A stretch of 63,933 nt of DNA, filler included, from Octopus bimaculoides (GCF_001194135.2; 5 parts of 5 records of this genome joined end to end with filler, not necessarily neighbours in it); one strand, 5' to 3'. Counted from the whole stretch's first letter, positions 1-13,182 are shown. The notes: a model not told the origin generated them from the sequence alone. Numbers and translations are program-made.

Positions 1-1109
1 GCGACCACCGAAAATACAAATTAATGTTATATCCCTATCTCCCGAGCTGGGTTTTGAAACCGTATTCTGATTGTTGAGGATAATGGTATTTCCTTTGTCT
101 TGTGAACAAGTACAGCTATTTTTTAGCGTAGGAGTGATCGGTGACCCTTTCCGGTCACCAACAGCTCAGAAAAACAAGTGAGGAATTGTACTGGACTGAC
201 CCAGCTTTGGGAGGGTGTAAGGTAGCACTTTAAAGCTACGGTATTTGTGATAAACAAAGAATTGGCGCGAACGATTGGCCACAGGAGTGGGCATCAAGCA
301 GTTGGGTACAGGAGTTGGCCGCAGCAGTTGGCATCAAGCAGTTGGCTAGGGAGTTGGATGAAGTGAAGATGTCCAGTAGTTGGACGAAGAACGAGAGCCA
401 GTGAAAATTAACAGTGATAAGTCTGACAGAGATAGGCCGAGAGAGAGGGCCTATGGTCAACAGGTACGAGTAATCAGAAATGCATAGAGTCTCAGAGAGA
501 GAGAGGATTCAGAAAGGTGGAACTGTGTGGCGGGCAAGAGATCGTAGTAGTCAGTTGGTCACTACTTGTGGATTATAGTGAGAGTTTTGAAAGAAAGGAA
601 ATTATTACGGTAAAGGTTTGTGTAAATATTCTTTCAAGAAAAATTTACTTGTCGTTACATGTGTTAAAAGAACTGTTAACTGTGATGTTAACTTAAAAGA
701 GAAAAACAGAAAGAACTTTGTTACATGTTGTTTAACTGAAAAGAAAACAAAGAAGTAAAATAACTTTTAATGGACTTGATGTACGAACTCTTGCTTATGT
801 AATGATTCTAAACCTTTGATTATGTTGCATGCGCTATTGTTATATGATATTGAATTTATTGTTACGCAATGTTATGCCATGTATTGATGATATAATGTTT
901 TGTTTGCTAAAAAGAAGAAAAAGTTAGTTCTGCTACCCAACGTATGGTCTCCGTGTTATTTCTTCCTCCTCCTTCTGCCTTTTGTCTTTGTTGCGTGCTC
1001 CGGCCGGGGCTTAGTCGCGGCGAACATCCCGACTCACTGGGCGTCGACGTTCGCGCGCGCGCGAGTTCTCTCTTCGTTCGAGGTGCTTCGCGTGCGGGCG
1101 TTCGTAACA
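1..1109. mobile_element. Possible LTR-like fragment
   Basis: Ends in TTCGTAACA (1101-1109; TGTTACGAA on the minus strand), which resembles a Gypsy LTR terminus. Contains an internal GGCATCAAGCAGTTGG duplication and a CpG-rich end. No second LTR, PBS or PPT seen. Confidence 0.3.
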
Positions 1110-3084
1110 ATATATATNNNNNNNNNNNNNNNNNNNNNNNNNNNNNNNNNNNNNNNNNNNNNNNNNNNNNNNNNNNNNNNNNNNNNNNNNNNNNNNNNNN
1201 NNNNNNNNNNNNNNNNNNNNNNNNNNNNNNNNNNNNNNNNNNNNNNNNNNNNNNNNNNNNNNNNNNNNNNNNNNNNNNNNNNNNNNNNNNNNNNNNNNNN
1301 NNNNNNNNNNNNNNNNNNNNNNNNNNNNNNNNNNNNNNNNNNNNNNNNCGTATATATGTACGTGTGTATATCAGAGAGTAGAGTACTAGAGTACGTCTTT
1401 CTTTTGTTGAAATTTAGTTGCCTTTCTCTTTAGGTCTATTTTTTTTAGAGACCCTAGCTCTAAGTTGAAATAACTTCTTTGACTAACATGAATTTTCATA
1501 CAAGTATTTTTGCCGACAATCTATTCTAGTTTATTTCTGCATCTGGCGCCTCTGAGAATCAAAAAAAAATATTTTAATAATATACCGAATTCAGAGAATA
1601 TTTCTACTTTCCATGCAGTTGAAATTTGGATAACCACCAAAGCACAGATATGTATTTCTCACTTTGAATAAAAAAAACAGTGCACCCCTATATGTTCGTA
1701 TATGTTGTATTCATGTGCTACTTAAATTCTCAGTGAGTGCAGAAATCTTGTGCGCTTTTATAAGGCACAGAGTAAGAATTGTAATCTCTGTGGCTCACAT
1801 GCCATGGCTTCTCCATTGGAGAAGGAAATGAGAAGCGTTAATAAACATTTTTAGGGAAAACTTGTAAGTTTATGCCACTTTTACTTGATTAGAAGAGTGT
1901 TTATGTTGGCAGTAGACATCCCAACAAGCTTAACTATTTGGCATATCGGTTGGTTAAAAGTGCTGATATATATGCTATCTACTAGGGCATTATATACATG
2001 ATTTCTTTAAAACTAAGTTCCAATTACATGATCCGATGAGCGATTAGGCCTACCCCACGGTTGTGAAGGTCATATCGTAGAGAAATTTACGAAGCCCGCT
2101 ATATTTGTCAGGATGACAATTTCTTGCGTTCAATACTTCTAGCATATATTCACGGGTACCCGTATATTTGAGGAATATGTTACCTATATATTATGTTCTT
2201 GCCATAAACTCAACAAGTCTGATTTGATGGAAAAGTTCATACTCTCTCAGAATACTAGTAATTTCTCTATACACTCTTCTATTAGCGTCTGATATGTCTT
2301 AGTTAAGCTCATGTTAATTAAGAATTACGTAAAACGATTTAATGCATGCAATTCAGTAAGGTTTAATTAGATTTTCGTCTTATAAATTTACTGTCCGCTA
2401 CTATATTGTCGTCGCATAATAATTTCAGTTTGTAGAGGAAGCCTTTCAATTAGGGTCTACAATCGTCATGTGGCGCCATTGAACCACCGAAAGTTCTTAT
2501 TCTCAATAAAATTAGATTAATTTAAACAAATGAGATTATCGAAACATAAATCCTTGTGATTACTAAGCGATATAAATAACCCGCAAAATAAGTTAGTTCT
2601 AGACGTAACGCACACGCACACGCATACACACATACACAAACACACAGACACGCATACACATATGTATAAGTGTGTGTGTATGCAAATTCAAGGAAACGGA
2701 TAAAATGCAGACTACATATATTTCTTAAGTAGCTGATCCTTTGAAATAATACTTACTCAACGAAGGGTGTTCAACTTAATCATCAGGCCGAGATGAGTAC
2801 ACCCCATTCAATAACTATTGAATAAGAAGATCAGCTAGCTAATAAACAAATGGAGCCTGCATTTTACTCGTTCCATTCCCTCAATATGGAATTTCATTAG
2901 TATTTGTAGCAACCCTAGTTGCTAACCGTGTGCTGTAAATGGCTATCAGCTTATCGACTTTCCTCGTAACTTTGAAGTGGAAAAAGTATGTAACTTTCCA
3001 AGCCAATAAATGTTTGTTGTTCCTCATCGTACCCTGTTCAATTTTCTGTTCTCTATACCTGCTACGGAGTGCTTGAAGCTTACA

Positions 3085-3125
3085 AACTTTATATATACAT
3101 ATGTATGTATATGTATGTCTGTCTC

Positions 3126-3191
<66 letters not shown>

Positions 3192-3256
3192 AATCTATCT
3201 ATATCTCTCTCGATATGTATTATATTTATATATATATGTGTGTGTGCGTATATACT

Positions 3257-3309
<53 letters not shown>

Positions 3310-3360
3310 ATGTGTGTATGTGTGTGTGTCTGTACATACTTGTGTATATATGTGTGTAGT
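3085..3360. repeat. Compound microsatellite (CTAT)n/(TA)n/(TG)n
   Basis: Directly visible. Source of the YLSI/IYIY/CVCV ORFs. Confidence 0.95.
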
Positions 3361-4258
3361 TGGTGGGTGCATGTATTTTGGTCGTAGGTGCGATTGTGTA
3401 TTTCATATAAATTATATATTCATTAAGCCATATATATTGTTACTGTTATGTAATATCTTCACCCCCGGTATTGTTTTCTTTTCGTTGGAAAAAGTTGATT
3501 CTTAATGTTTTGCTAAGAATATCTTATAAATCATTGCCGAGAATGTAAACGCTATATCCTGGAGTACGTTCATTAAACAGATTATAATCCTGCAAAGGCA
3601 TATTCAGTTTATGATCAGAATCACGCCGTGGGAATCAAAGTAAGTGTTATGCTTAATGTTAAGTTTCCAGGGTGAGTGTCTATGTCAAGAGGATACCTTC
3701 TTAGGACTGAAGTTACACAAAAGGGAATAAAGCAAAAAACGAAAAACAACAAAAACGAGCAAATGATAGGTTAATATCGTTCGACACAAACCTTTAATCG
3801 TGAATGCTTAAAAGATAATGTACCAGCAAAATGAATCATCTAGAAAATTTTGCAATATAAATATTTACATAGGTAGCACGCTTTTCTCGTTTCAGCAATA
3901 TAAAATTTCTATATGTTTTATATCGATATATATGTGATATACTCTGCGTACATTTAAGTAATATTCACTCTATTGTCACGCCTGGAGAGTTATTCTTATA
4001 TGATTTGAGAGTGCGTTATTATAAAGAAAGTAATATTTTCAGAAGTAAAGATGAAAATATATTTCTTAACAATAGTATATCTATTGTGCTCAAAATAATA
4101 AATTTATAGAGATTTACTGGCATTCCCATTCAAAAAATTGACATCAATTATGTTCCTCAATTATCGGGTACAACCGGGAATTTTTCTAATAATAAAATGC
4201 TTACATACACATGAATTTACACTCAGACAAACACATGCGCATATATATATATATATAT

Positions 4259-4420
4259 AATTGAAATTTATAGAAAAATATAAGACGAAACAGGTATACG
4301 AACAACAAGCAAGTATATTGGTTTGACGCTCGGGTAAAATGAAAAATCATTTTACGTTTCAAGCCTATGCATTTCAACAGAAATGAATCAGAGGAAATAA
4401 ACAGAGAGAGAATAAAAATA
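4259..4420 (-). mobile_element. PLE-type terminal repeat (pLTR) relic with hammerhead-like core, copy 1
   Basis: Minus strand reads TCATTT CTGTTGA AATGC ATAG GCTT GAAA CGT A AAATGA. Homologous to 8128-8285 over about 150 bp. Confidence 0.55.
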
Positions 4421-4962
4421 AATGAGTAGAGTTCAGCAGTCCCGCAAGGCAATTGTTCGGAAGAAAAAAAAAAAGAGGTTGCAAGAAATGGAGATTATAA
4501 TAAAGCAAGATGCTCAATGAAAGGGAAATAATATACGTTTTTGCAGTTTCGTACGTTTGTCATTCAATTTGATTATCGAGTCATTCAACGTCGCGAAAAA
4601 ATTAGCGCCATGAAGTTAGTCATTCAAATTCGTTCGCACTTCAGTCAAGGAATTTAACGTTTACATCACTCGAATTAAAATGCCCGTCGACAACATTCAA
4701 ATTAGTCGGTATGCGAGGAAGCGACTTTTCGAGCATTCAAACTCGCACGCGAGCATTCGAGTTTGGAATAATTTATTCATTTTGTGACTAATCTTAAATG
4801 TGTGTTTTTACTCTCATTGTAAGAAGTGAATTTAAATGACCTGTTTTATCATGCAAATTTTATTATATGAAGGTAGTACAAAAAATGCACCAATGGCTTG
4901 AGGTAAAATAGTTCTCCGCTAATGGGACGGAGATAAAAAGGATTGAAGTGAACTTGACAAAA

Positions 4963-5400
4963 ATGGAAAAATTTCAAAAAAATAGCACAGAAAGTAAGTG
5001 GTGACGTAAAGTTGTCGCCTCCACAGAAAGTTATGGAGGATATGAGGAAAAAAAAACGATACATAAAGTTTATTCAGTGAAACAGAAAAAGGTAGACCAG
5101 GTAGAAGCTGAAACAATAGAGAAGGCGTTGTGTACGGTATCAAAAGAAATGATGTTTTTAACAAGAAGAAACAAATATGGAGCGATACTAGAAGGGCCAC
5201 ATAAGAGCGAATTGCTTTCCACCGATCAAAGAAATTGAAAGACCGCAAGAGAAAGAACCCCAGGAGGAGACACAGAAATAACGCCAGGAAGGACTAAATG
5301 AAGACAAAATGATACCAGTAGAAGCGGCAGAAGAAGCAACAGAGAAAGAGTGGGAAACTAGCGGCAAAAGGAAAAAAGGAAGAGGAAGTAGTTAAGCTCA
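4963..5400 (+). mobile_element. Degraded L1/Tx1-like ORF1 fragment
   Basis: Frameshifted peptides VKLSPPQKV..IEKALCTVSKEMMFLTRRNKY and MIPVEAAEEATEKEWETSGKRKK align by eye to the zinc-knuckle ORF1 at 44820-46090. The knuckle region is deleted here. Confidence 0.45.
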
Positions 5401-6089
5401 ATGCATGCAAAATCCCACTTAACAACTTCCCAATGCCCACCCATAAACAATTCGTCCCACCCTCTCCCTGCAGACACTAAACACTACCAATGCTCTCCAA
5501 AACAAAAAACAAAAAAGAAGAGATCTTACACACAGGAATTCACAAATTTCCCCTCCCATTGGTTGTTATCCATGTGTGTTATATCAGGAAGCAAATGACG
5601 AACTAGTTGAAACAGTTTTAGGATGGGAAAATTCAGTATATGTTGGAGTAGAGGACAAGGTGTGCAGTGTCGGTGAACATAAATGCTCATTAATAACTGA
5701 ACAGCAAATGAACGAAACAAAAGAATACGAAGGAGGATGCGAAGTATGGAAAGTGGTCTATGGCATGAATAAATTGCCAAAATCGATAGGATATAAGGAA
5801 CTAAAAATATACTATGGACTGGATATAATGGAACACAGAGGTAAAGACAAGTAAGTGATGTTACTTGGTGGGGCAGGTAACATCATTTTCCTTTCTCGTT
5901 TTCAATCTTTCATTGTATCATACGTGTCATTCTTTCTTATTTGTTCTGTCCCCACAGGTGTTGTATTGTCCTCACTTTGTTAGTCAGTATGGATAAAAAA
6001 AAAGAACTGTTTTTCATCGAAACATTAGTAACCGGTCGATATCAGTTGCATTTTATATCCCTCTCTCTTACACCAATTTATAATCGCGG

Positions 6090-6830
6090 AACCACGTGTA
6101 AGGACATGCATATATCGGACGAAGATAGGGCAGGTCTGATTGATGTCTTCGAGGGGCATCAAATCGATTACTTGAAACTGGCAGACACATTTGGCATTGA
6201 AAAGAGTACTGTGTAATCCATAGTAGCGACCTACCTATGATCTTGGAGGAGCCACTAGTTGCCCAGATAAATTGTCCACCAGGTTAAGGTTTATAAGGAA
6301 ATGCGAAACAAGCTGCAGGCGCTTATTGATGCCGACCCACACGCAAAACTTTCACAGATGAAGAGGGACTTAGAGGCAGCATTGCTCGGAAAGCTCCCTG
6401 TTTCCGTGTCTGCAATCTCGCGGGCTCTAGATGGACGCTGTTAACTATGAAGTTGGCCAAAGACGTCCCAGATGCAAGAAATTCCACAAGAACTCTGGAA
6501 AAAGTGTTATGAGTACGCGCATTTGTTCATAGAAGAGGGAGTTGTCGGACATTGCGTATTCATTGATGAATGTGGGTACATTTGGATCAGGCGGTCTTTT
6601 GGACTAGCCAATCGAGGCGTTCAGGATCACCGCGTTGTCAACCGTCAGTGTGGGAAAAACTGCAACGTCGCTTTCATGGTGTCGAGAGAGACCGGTTTGG
6701 TTTACCACTCCATTGCGAACGATACCATTACGCAAAACTCTATCGAGGAGTTCTTAGCGGCGTATAAATCCGTTTAGTTGATTTACGGCAAACGCGGCCA
6801 CAAGTTCGTGCCCAGCTGCCCGCTGACGCT
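6090..6830 (+). mobile_element. Tc1/IS630-like DDE transposase pseudogene, truncated
   Basis: HTH-like ISDEDRAGLIDVFEGHQIDYLKLADTFGIEKSTV, then CVFIDECGYIWIRRSFG..GKNCNVAFMVSRETGLVYH (first catalytic D, DDE_3-like). Stops and frameshifts present; TIRs not resolved. Confidence 0.75.
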
Positions 6831-7389
6831 GACTCACGGATCAGTCTGAAGCTCCTATTTTATAGTCAGTGAGTTTCTTTAAAAAGATTGAAAAGGCTGT
6901 AATGCGATTACATGAAGTCTTTCACAAAGGATACACGTACCTACGCAAAAGTAAAAGAACAAACGCATGAAAATGACCGCAAAATCATCCTAAAATACTG
7001 CCAGTGAACACATGAGAAGGTGTACGTATGTGTATGTGAGAATAGTGCGTGTAAGTGTGTAAGTGTGTATGTGTTAATAGCGGCGGGTGACTGTGACATG
7101 TGTGTGTGTGTGTGTGCGTGTGTGTGTTTCTACGTGTGTACGTGTGTGCGTGTTTGTGTATGCAAATATATCTATATACACGTATATTCTCTCCCACAAA
7201 CAGACATGTACAAGTGCATACAATTTCACAAGCACGGCCTGCAAAAGGTCACATATACATGCATATGCATATTTGTATACATATACAAACAAAAATGGTG
7301 TTCAAGAATAATCAATATATAGGTGCAATAGCATATCCTCAGTCTATTCAAATTACAAACATTCATAATTGGTCTTTATATCTATATAA

Positions 7390-7427
7390 ATATGTGTGTG
7401 TGCAGGTGTGTGTGTATGTGTGTGTGT

Positions 7428-7463
<36 letters not shown>

Positions 7464-7476
7464 CTATGTGTATTTT

Positions 7477-7541
<65 letters not shown>

Positions 7542-7685
7542 GCACCGATACTTCTTTTTCTGCCTCCCAACTCACGTAAGTACTCACGTTCGTGCATACA
7601 TACATACTTACCTTCTAACCTACCTATTTACATCATACATACACACACACATACATACATGCATACATACATACATACATATACA

Positions 7686-7716
<31 letters not shown>
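7390..7716. repeat. Compound microsatellite (TG)n/(TA)n/(CATA)n
   Basis: Directly visible. Confidence 0.95.
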
Positions 7717-8127
7717 GATATTTCACCATAACAGCTTTATAATACAGACACAAGTTTCCGGACCCCACACTGATAGACAATTACAACGAACATGTATATG
7801 ACAAAAACCGTTGGGGTTAATTACGCACAAGCAAACATATATAATTATACATGCTTTCAGATTAGATGTATAAGTAAATAATCATAAGACAGTCTACACT
7901 TGCATACAGAATTACATACGGAAATAAAAATATGCGCTTGCAATGCAACTGACACACCTATGTAAATACAAGTGAAAACATGGTGCTAAAAGTGTACATG
8001 CATGTGTCTACAATTATGAATCTTTACAGAGGGATGACCATACGTACTAACATATGCATGCAGATGCGACACACATCGCAGATACACACGCAGACATATG
8101 TGTATATATAATATATATATATATATA

Positions 8128-8285
8128 GTTGAAATTTACAGAAGAACAAATAAACGAAGATAGGTGTGGTAACATGAAACAGGTGTATTAGTTTAACGGT
8201 CGGAAGATGAGAAAGTATTTTACGTTTGGAGTATACGCTCTTCAACAGAAAGGAACACCAGGAAACAAACAGAGAGAAAAAAAAC
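8128..8285 (-). mobile_element. PLE-type pLTR relic with hammerhead-like core, copy 2
   Basis: Minus strand reads CCTTT CTGTTGA A GAGC GTAT ACTC CAAA CGT A AAAT. GAAA is mutated to CAAA. Homologous to 4259-4420. Confidence 0.55.
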
Positions 8286-8435
8286 TGTAGATATATATAA
8301 ATATAATATATATATATATATATAATATATACATATACATAAAGTTATATATCTACATACACATACATACACAAACACACATACATATACACACCCGCAC
8401 TCACATACATGCACACACACACACATGTAATTATA

Positions 8436-8970
8436 CGAAGCCTGATCAATATGTATCCGGACTTTTGCACTAGTTACGAAGGTAAAGCACGCAAAATGAA
8501 TGAAGCCGCATGGGAATGATTGACCTTGAGCGTTGCTGTGCATCTGCACTAAATTTTAACGTACCGCTGTTTACAGCAGTGCATGGAACGAAGGTGTGTA
8601 GCGTGTGATCATCGCATTGACAATGACCGAGAACGTTCTCATGGCGATACCTGCTCAGAGGCTTACACAATGTTGCAGAAAGAGTAGGGAGAGGAGTGTA
8701 TGAGCCGCACGAAAGTGTATAAGATTTACAAGATGGCCGAAATGAGTCAATATTGACGAACATCCTGGGAGAACTGAAACCAGCAGAACTGAGAAAATCA
8801 TCGTAGATGCGTGTGAATCCGTGAGGGGAAATCGTCGAATCACCATCCGTGTGTTATTAGAAGATGTGCAGATTAGTTAGGGTTTAGTGTAATCCATTAT
8901 CACTGAAGAATTCGGTATGAGACGCCCGTCTGCCAAGTTTGTGCAAAAATCTGCTTTCAGCTGGTCAACA
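8436..8970 (+). mobile_element. Mariner transposon 5' half (degraded)
   Basis: TA followed by CGAAGCCTGATCAATATGTATCCGG end sequence. Frameshifted MTE..GDTCSEAYTMLQK..EHPGRTETS..NRRITIR..GMRR.SAKFV, a mariner N-terminal HTH. Homologous to 33501-33790. Confidence 0.8.
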
Positions 8971-10279
8971 TAACTCAGTGCGTTTAATTCAACATTGCTT
9001 TATTTATTTATTTATTTATTTATTTGTGGAAGGAAACTGGAAACACACTATAATATCACAAAAATGACAACAATGATTTGAGAAGTTTTTAATATTTAGT
9101 AGAGCTTTCTTATCTGTATATTACTTTTTGCGTTCTGCCGTGATATTTATTTTGCTTTCGGTCATTAAAATTAATCTAGATTTTCGTTCCATTCAATAAA
9201 TATTTGTTGAGTGGGCTATGTACCTAAAATGATGTCAGATGTAGTACATTATAATCATTCCTTTATATGAATATGTGGGTACCGGCGGATAAATGTCTGT
9301 GAAGATATATTCTTAGAGCTGAAACGTTGCCAATGCTGATGATCGATTGCAGACTTGTCCTTGTTTTTCCCGATGGCGAGTTGATAATTGATTATTCAGT
9401 TACATGTTGAAAGACATTACGATTATGATCGTTACTTCCTTTTGCATATATCCTTCATTTTATTATGTAATGTAACGTTCTGTTTTTCAAGTACATAGAT
9501 TGTAATTTGATTCTGTTACGGCTGGAGATTCAGCAGACTCTGTGGGTTCAAATATAAATAAATCTGGATATAAAGCTACCTATTTGAAGCTTATTTTATA
9601 GTCAGCGAGATTGTTGCTTTGTGGCTACTGAAGTTTAATTTTGCTGCTGTTGTAAAATTATTAGGTGTGCTTTCATTGTTTAATACAGTCAGAAAGTTTA
9701 TGGAATACATTTCAGTTATGATCAAACAATTCATATCTACGTTGTCAATGCAGTACATATTTACGTGAACTGGATGGTATTTGGAGCATTTCTGCCTTTC
9801 ATGTAGAGGGTCTTCAGTTGAATGTCTCACATATGATAATTTATTGTGTTGTCAAGATGAATTTAGTTCATGCAATGCATATTATTCGGTTTGTGTATTA
9901 ACAGCGCTCGGGTATCATTCATTTTTGTCTGGTGAAATTGTTTATGGTTTTATGTAGAACTTCATGAACATGCTTCACACACACTCACGCACATATATGT
10001 ATAATGTGTGTATGTATATATGTGTGAGTCTGTGTATAAATATCTGCATATATATATATATATATATANNNNNNNNNNNNNNNNNNNNNNNNNNNNNNNN
10101 NNNNNNNNNNNNNNNNNNNNNNNNNNNNNNNNNNNNNNNNNNNNNNNNNNNNNNNNNNNNNNNNNNNNNNNNNNNNNNNNNNNNNNNNNNNNNNNNNNNN
10201 NNNNNNNNNNNNNNNNNNNNNNNNNNNNNNNNNNNNNNNNNNNNNNNNNNTGTGTGCGTGTGTGTTTGTGAGTATGTGT

Positions 10280-10326
<47 letters not shown>

Positions 10327-11243
10327 CTTATCGTATTGATTTCTTTACTTTCTTAGTATTTATTTTACAAAGATCGCTATAAATTTTATATATGCATTTT
10401 CTTTAGATAAAAATGTATCACTCATAAACTATATACGTTTACGTAAAAGCCTAAGTTTCATGTATACTAAGGAGACAAATTCTGGAAATAAAAATAAAAT
10501 TTTAAATGTGCGGAAATAATAGTTAGTAAATATCCACATAATGTCTATAGGTACGTTGACGATGCTCACTTTCCAATGTACCTACCACACATGAATCTCT
10601 GCTGAAGCTTAAAGATACAAAATACATAAATTGAATAAACGACAAACTCTAGGCATTTTGTGTTCCAAAAGCAATAATAGTGTATACAAGCACAACTATA
10701 TGCAAGTACTTGACATGAAACTCATATGAATTTCACAATAAAAAAAATAATGTAATAAAGTTGTACTATGTAAATATGACAATAGCAAAGATTGTATTAT
10801 AATGAATAATGGCTACATCAGAAAGAACTGTAAAGGACTAATAGGAAACTACGAAAAAAATTGAGTATAAAACGTAAAACATGAGCACAGTTATGTTGTA
10901 CAAACAGACAGACACATACACACACACGTACACACCCACGCACACACACATATATTATGTGTCTGTTTGTGTGTGCATGTATTCGTGTATACATGTTTGT
11001 ATATATTAATGTATGTAAATCACTTTGTAATAAAAAATTGACATATATGTATATTTATAAAATGTTCATGCCGAAAATAATAACTATAAAATAAAAATCC
11101 AACAGGAGTATCGTCATATATCCGACCATTCATGAAAAAGGAAAACAAAATTTTGCACGACAGAAATAAAAAACAAAACATGCTAAAGTGTTTAGGATAT
11201 AACTTTTTAAACTCTACATAGATGATTAGAATATAGAAATATT

Positions 11244-11456
11244 CTTTTCTACTTTAGGCACAAGGCCCGAATCTTTTAGGGAGGGGGTGCAGTCGATTAG
11301 ATCGACCCCAGTACGCAACTGGTAGTTAATTTATCGACCACGAGAGGATGAAAGGCAAAGTCGACCTCGGCGGATATTGAACTCAGAACGTAAAGAAAAA
11401 CGACATACCACTAAGCATTTCATCTGGCGTGCTAACGTTTCGGCCAGCTCGTCGTC
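11244..11456 (-). mobile_element. tRNA-derived SINE, family A, with 18-bp TSD
   Basis: Reverse complement of the 11885 copy. Flanked by a perfect direct repeat TTAGAATATAGAAATATT (11226-11243 and 11457-11474). Confidence 0.9.
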
Positions 11457-11884
11457 TTAGAATATAGAAATATTGAAACCAATCTACAAGTGGAATTCCT
11501 ACATTCAAAGAGAAATTTCAGCAAACGTCTATTCTTATTGTTATTCATACGTTAGAAATTTCGATTTTTCAATTTGAGTGACAAATCACAATAAAATATA
11601 TTTTTGCCTTCAAACACCACGATTTACTCATATGCAATGATATTCTTGAGTATTCGAGGTATATTTTACTTAGGGGGAAAAACATATGGTACGTTTTCAC
11701 TTTAGAGCAGAAAGTAGCAGCATACGTAAAAGTTCAGTGGTGGAGAGAAACTGATCATTGATATACAAAAACATAAAAAAGAAAAAAGAAAAAAGAATAA
11801 GTCATAAATGCAAAAAAAATTTCATGAAATCAAAAGGAACTCTCATGAACAAGCGTATGGCACATATATGCATGGCACATATAT

Positions 11885-12115
11885 GGCGGCGAGCTGGCAG
11901 AAACATTAGCACGCCGGGCGAAATGCTTAGCGGTATTTCGTCTGCCGCTACGTTCTGAGTTCAAATTCCGCCGAGGTCGACTTTGTCTTTCATCCTTTCG
12001 GGGTCGATTAAATAAGTACCAGTTACGCCCTGGGGTCGGTATAATCGACTTAATCCGTTTGTCTGTCCTTGTTTGTTCCCTCTGTATTTAGCCCCTTGTG
12101 GGTAGTAAAGAAATA
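11885..12115 (+). mobile_element. tRNA-derived SINE, family A, full length
   Basis: Box A-like GGCGAGCTGGCAGAA and box B GAGTTCAAATTCC. Central block CTTTCATCCTTTCGGGGTCGATTAAATAAGTACCAG resembles the Meta/MESC domain (from memory). Possible TSD CATATAT. Confidence 0.9.
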
Positions 12116-13149
12116 CCATATATGTGTGTGTATGTGCGCGTGTGATGCTACGTGATCAACCAAATATGTGTTCGGCACACTTAGAGTGTACGAGACGAGC
12201 TGGACAAGACAAATCTTTGCCTGTGAGAATTTAGATGTGTGGGATTGTTCTGGGTGGTAGAAATTGTTCATTATTATTCTTTGCCATTCTAAAGTAAGTC
12301 TGCATTCAATTTAGGTCTCCGCTGTATTCGCAGTTTTACCAATGTCACGTCATTGCTGGATTGCAAAACGGATGGCACTTCACCCATTTGGCTTTCTCTC
12401 ACTACAAATTAGGTGTTATTCTCCCTCATACCTTACGTTTGAGAATTTGAGACCCGTAAATCGGCAGTGGTAATTTTAAGGAACTGCAAGGAGAGAACTC
12501 TAGCGATTTATTCCTTTTAGCAATTTTCAATAAATGTTGATTTACTTTCCCATCTTTCGTAAAATAAATCAACGGTTATGGGACACACACGTACAGACAG
12601 ACATACAGGCAGACAGACAGACAGACAGACAGACACAGACACACACACACACACGTAAAGTTAGCAGGTTAATGAGAAGAATAGCATATATATATATATA
12701 TATANNNNNNNNNNNNNNNNNNNNNNNNNNNNNNNNNNNNNNNNNNNNNNNNNNNNNNNNNNNNNNNNNNNNNNNNNNNNNNNNNNNNNNNNNNNNNNNN
12801 NNNNNNNNNNNNNNNNNNNNNNNNNNNNNNNNNNNNNNNNNNNNNNNNNNNNNNNNNNNNNNNNNNNNNNNNNNNNNNNNNNNNNNNNNNNNNNNNNNNN
12901 NNNNNNNNNNNNNNNNNNNNNNNNNNNNNNNNNNNNNNNNNNNNNNNNNNNNNNNNNNNNNNNNNNNNNNNNNNNNNNNNNNNNNNNNNNNNNNNNNNNN
13001 NNNNNNNNNNNNNNNNNNNNNNNNNNNNNNNNNNNNNNNNNNNNNNNNNNNNNNNNNNNNNNNNNNNNNNNNNNNNNNNNNNNNNNNNNNNNNNNNNNNN
13101 NNNNNNNNNNNNNNNNNNNNNNNNNNNNNNNNNNNNNNNNNNNNNNNNN

Positions 13150-13182
<33 letters not shown>

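Noticed and set aside
9591-9830. B-box-like CSKYH..MYCID..NC in a minus-strand ORF
   Set aside because: Lacks the terminal Cys/His ligands, has no convincing splice sites, and the opposite strand is similarly open.
10540-10580. YRYVDDAHF, an RT-like motif
   Set aside because: No neighbouring RT motifs. Either chance or too decayed to call.
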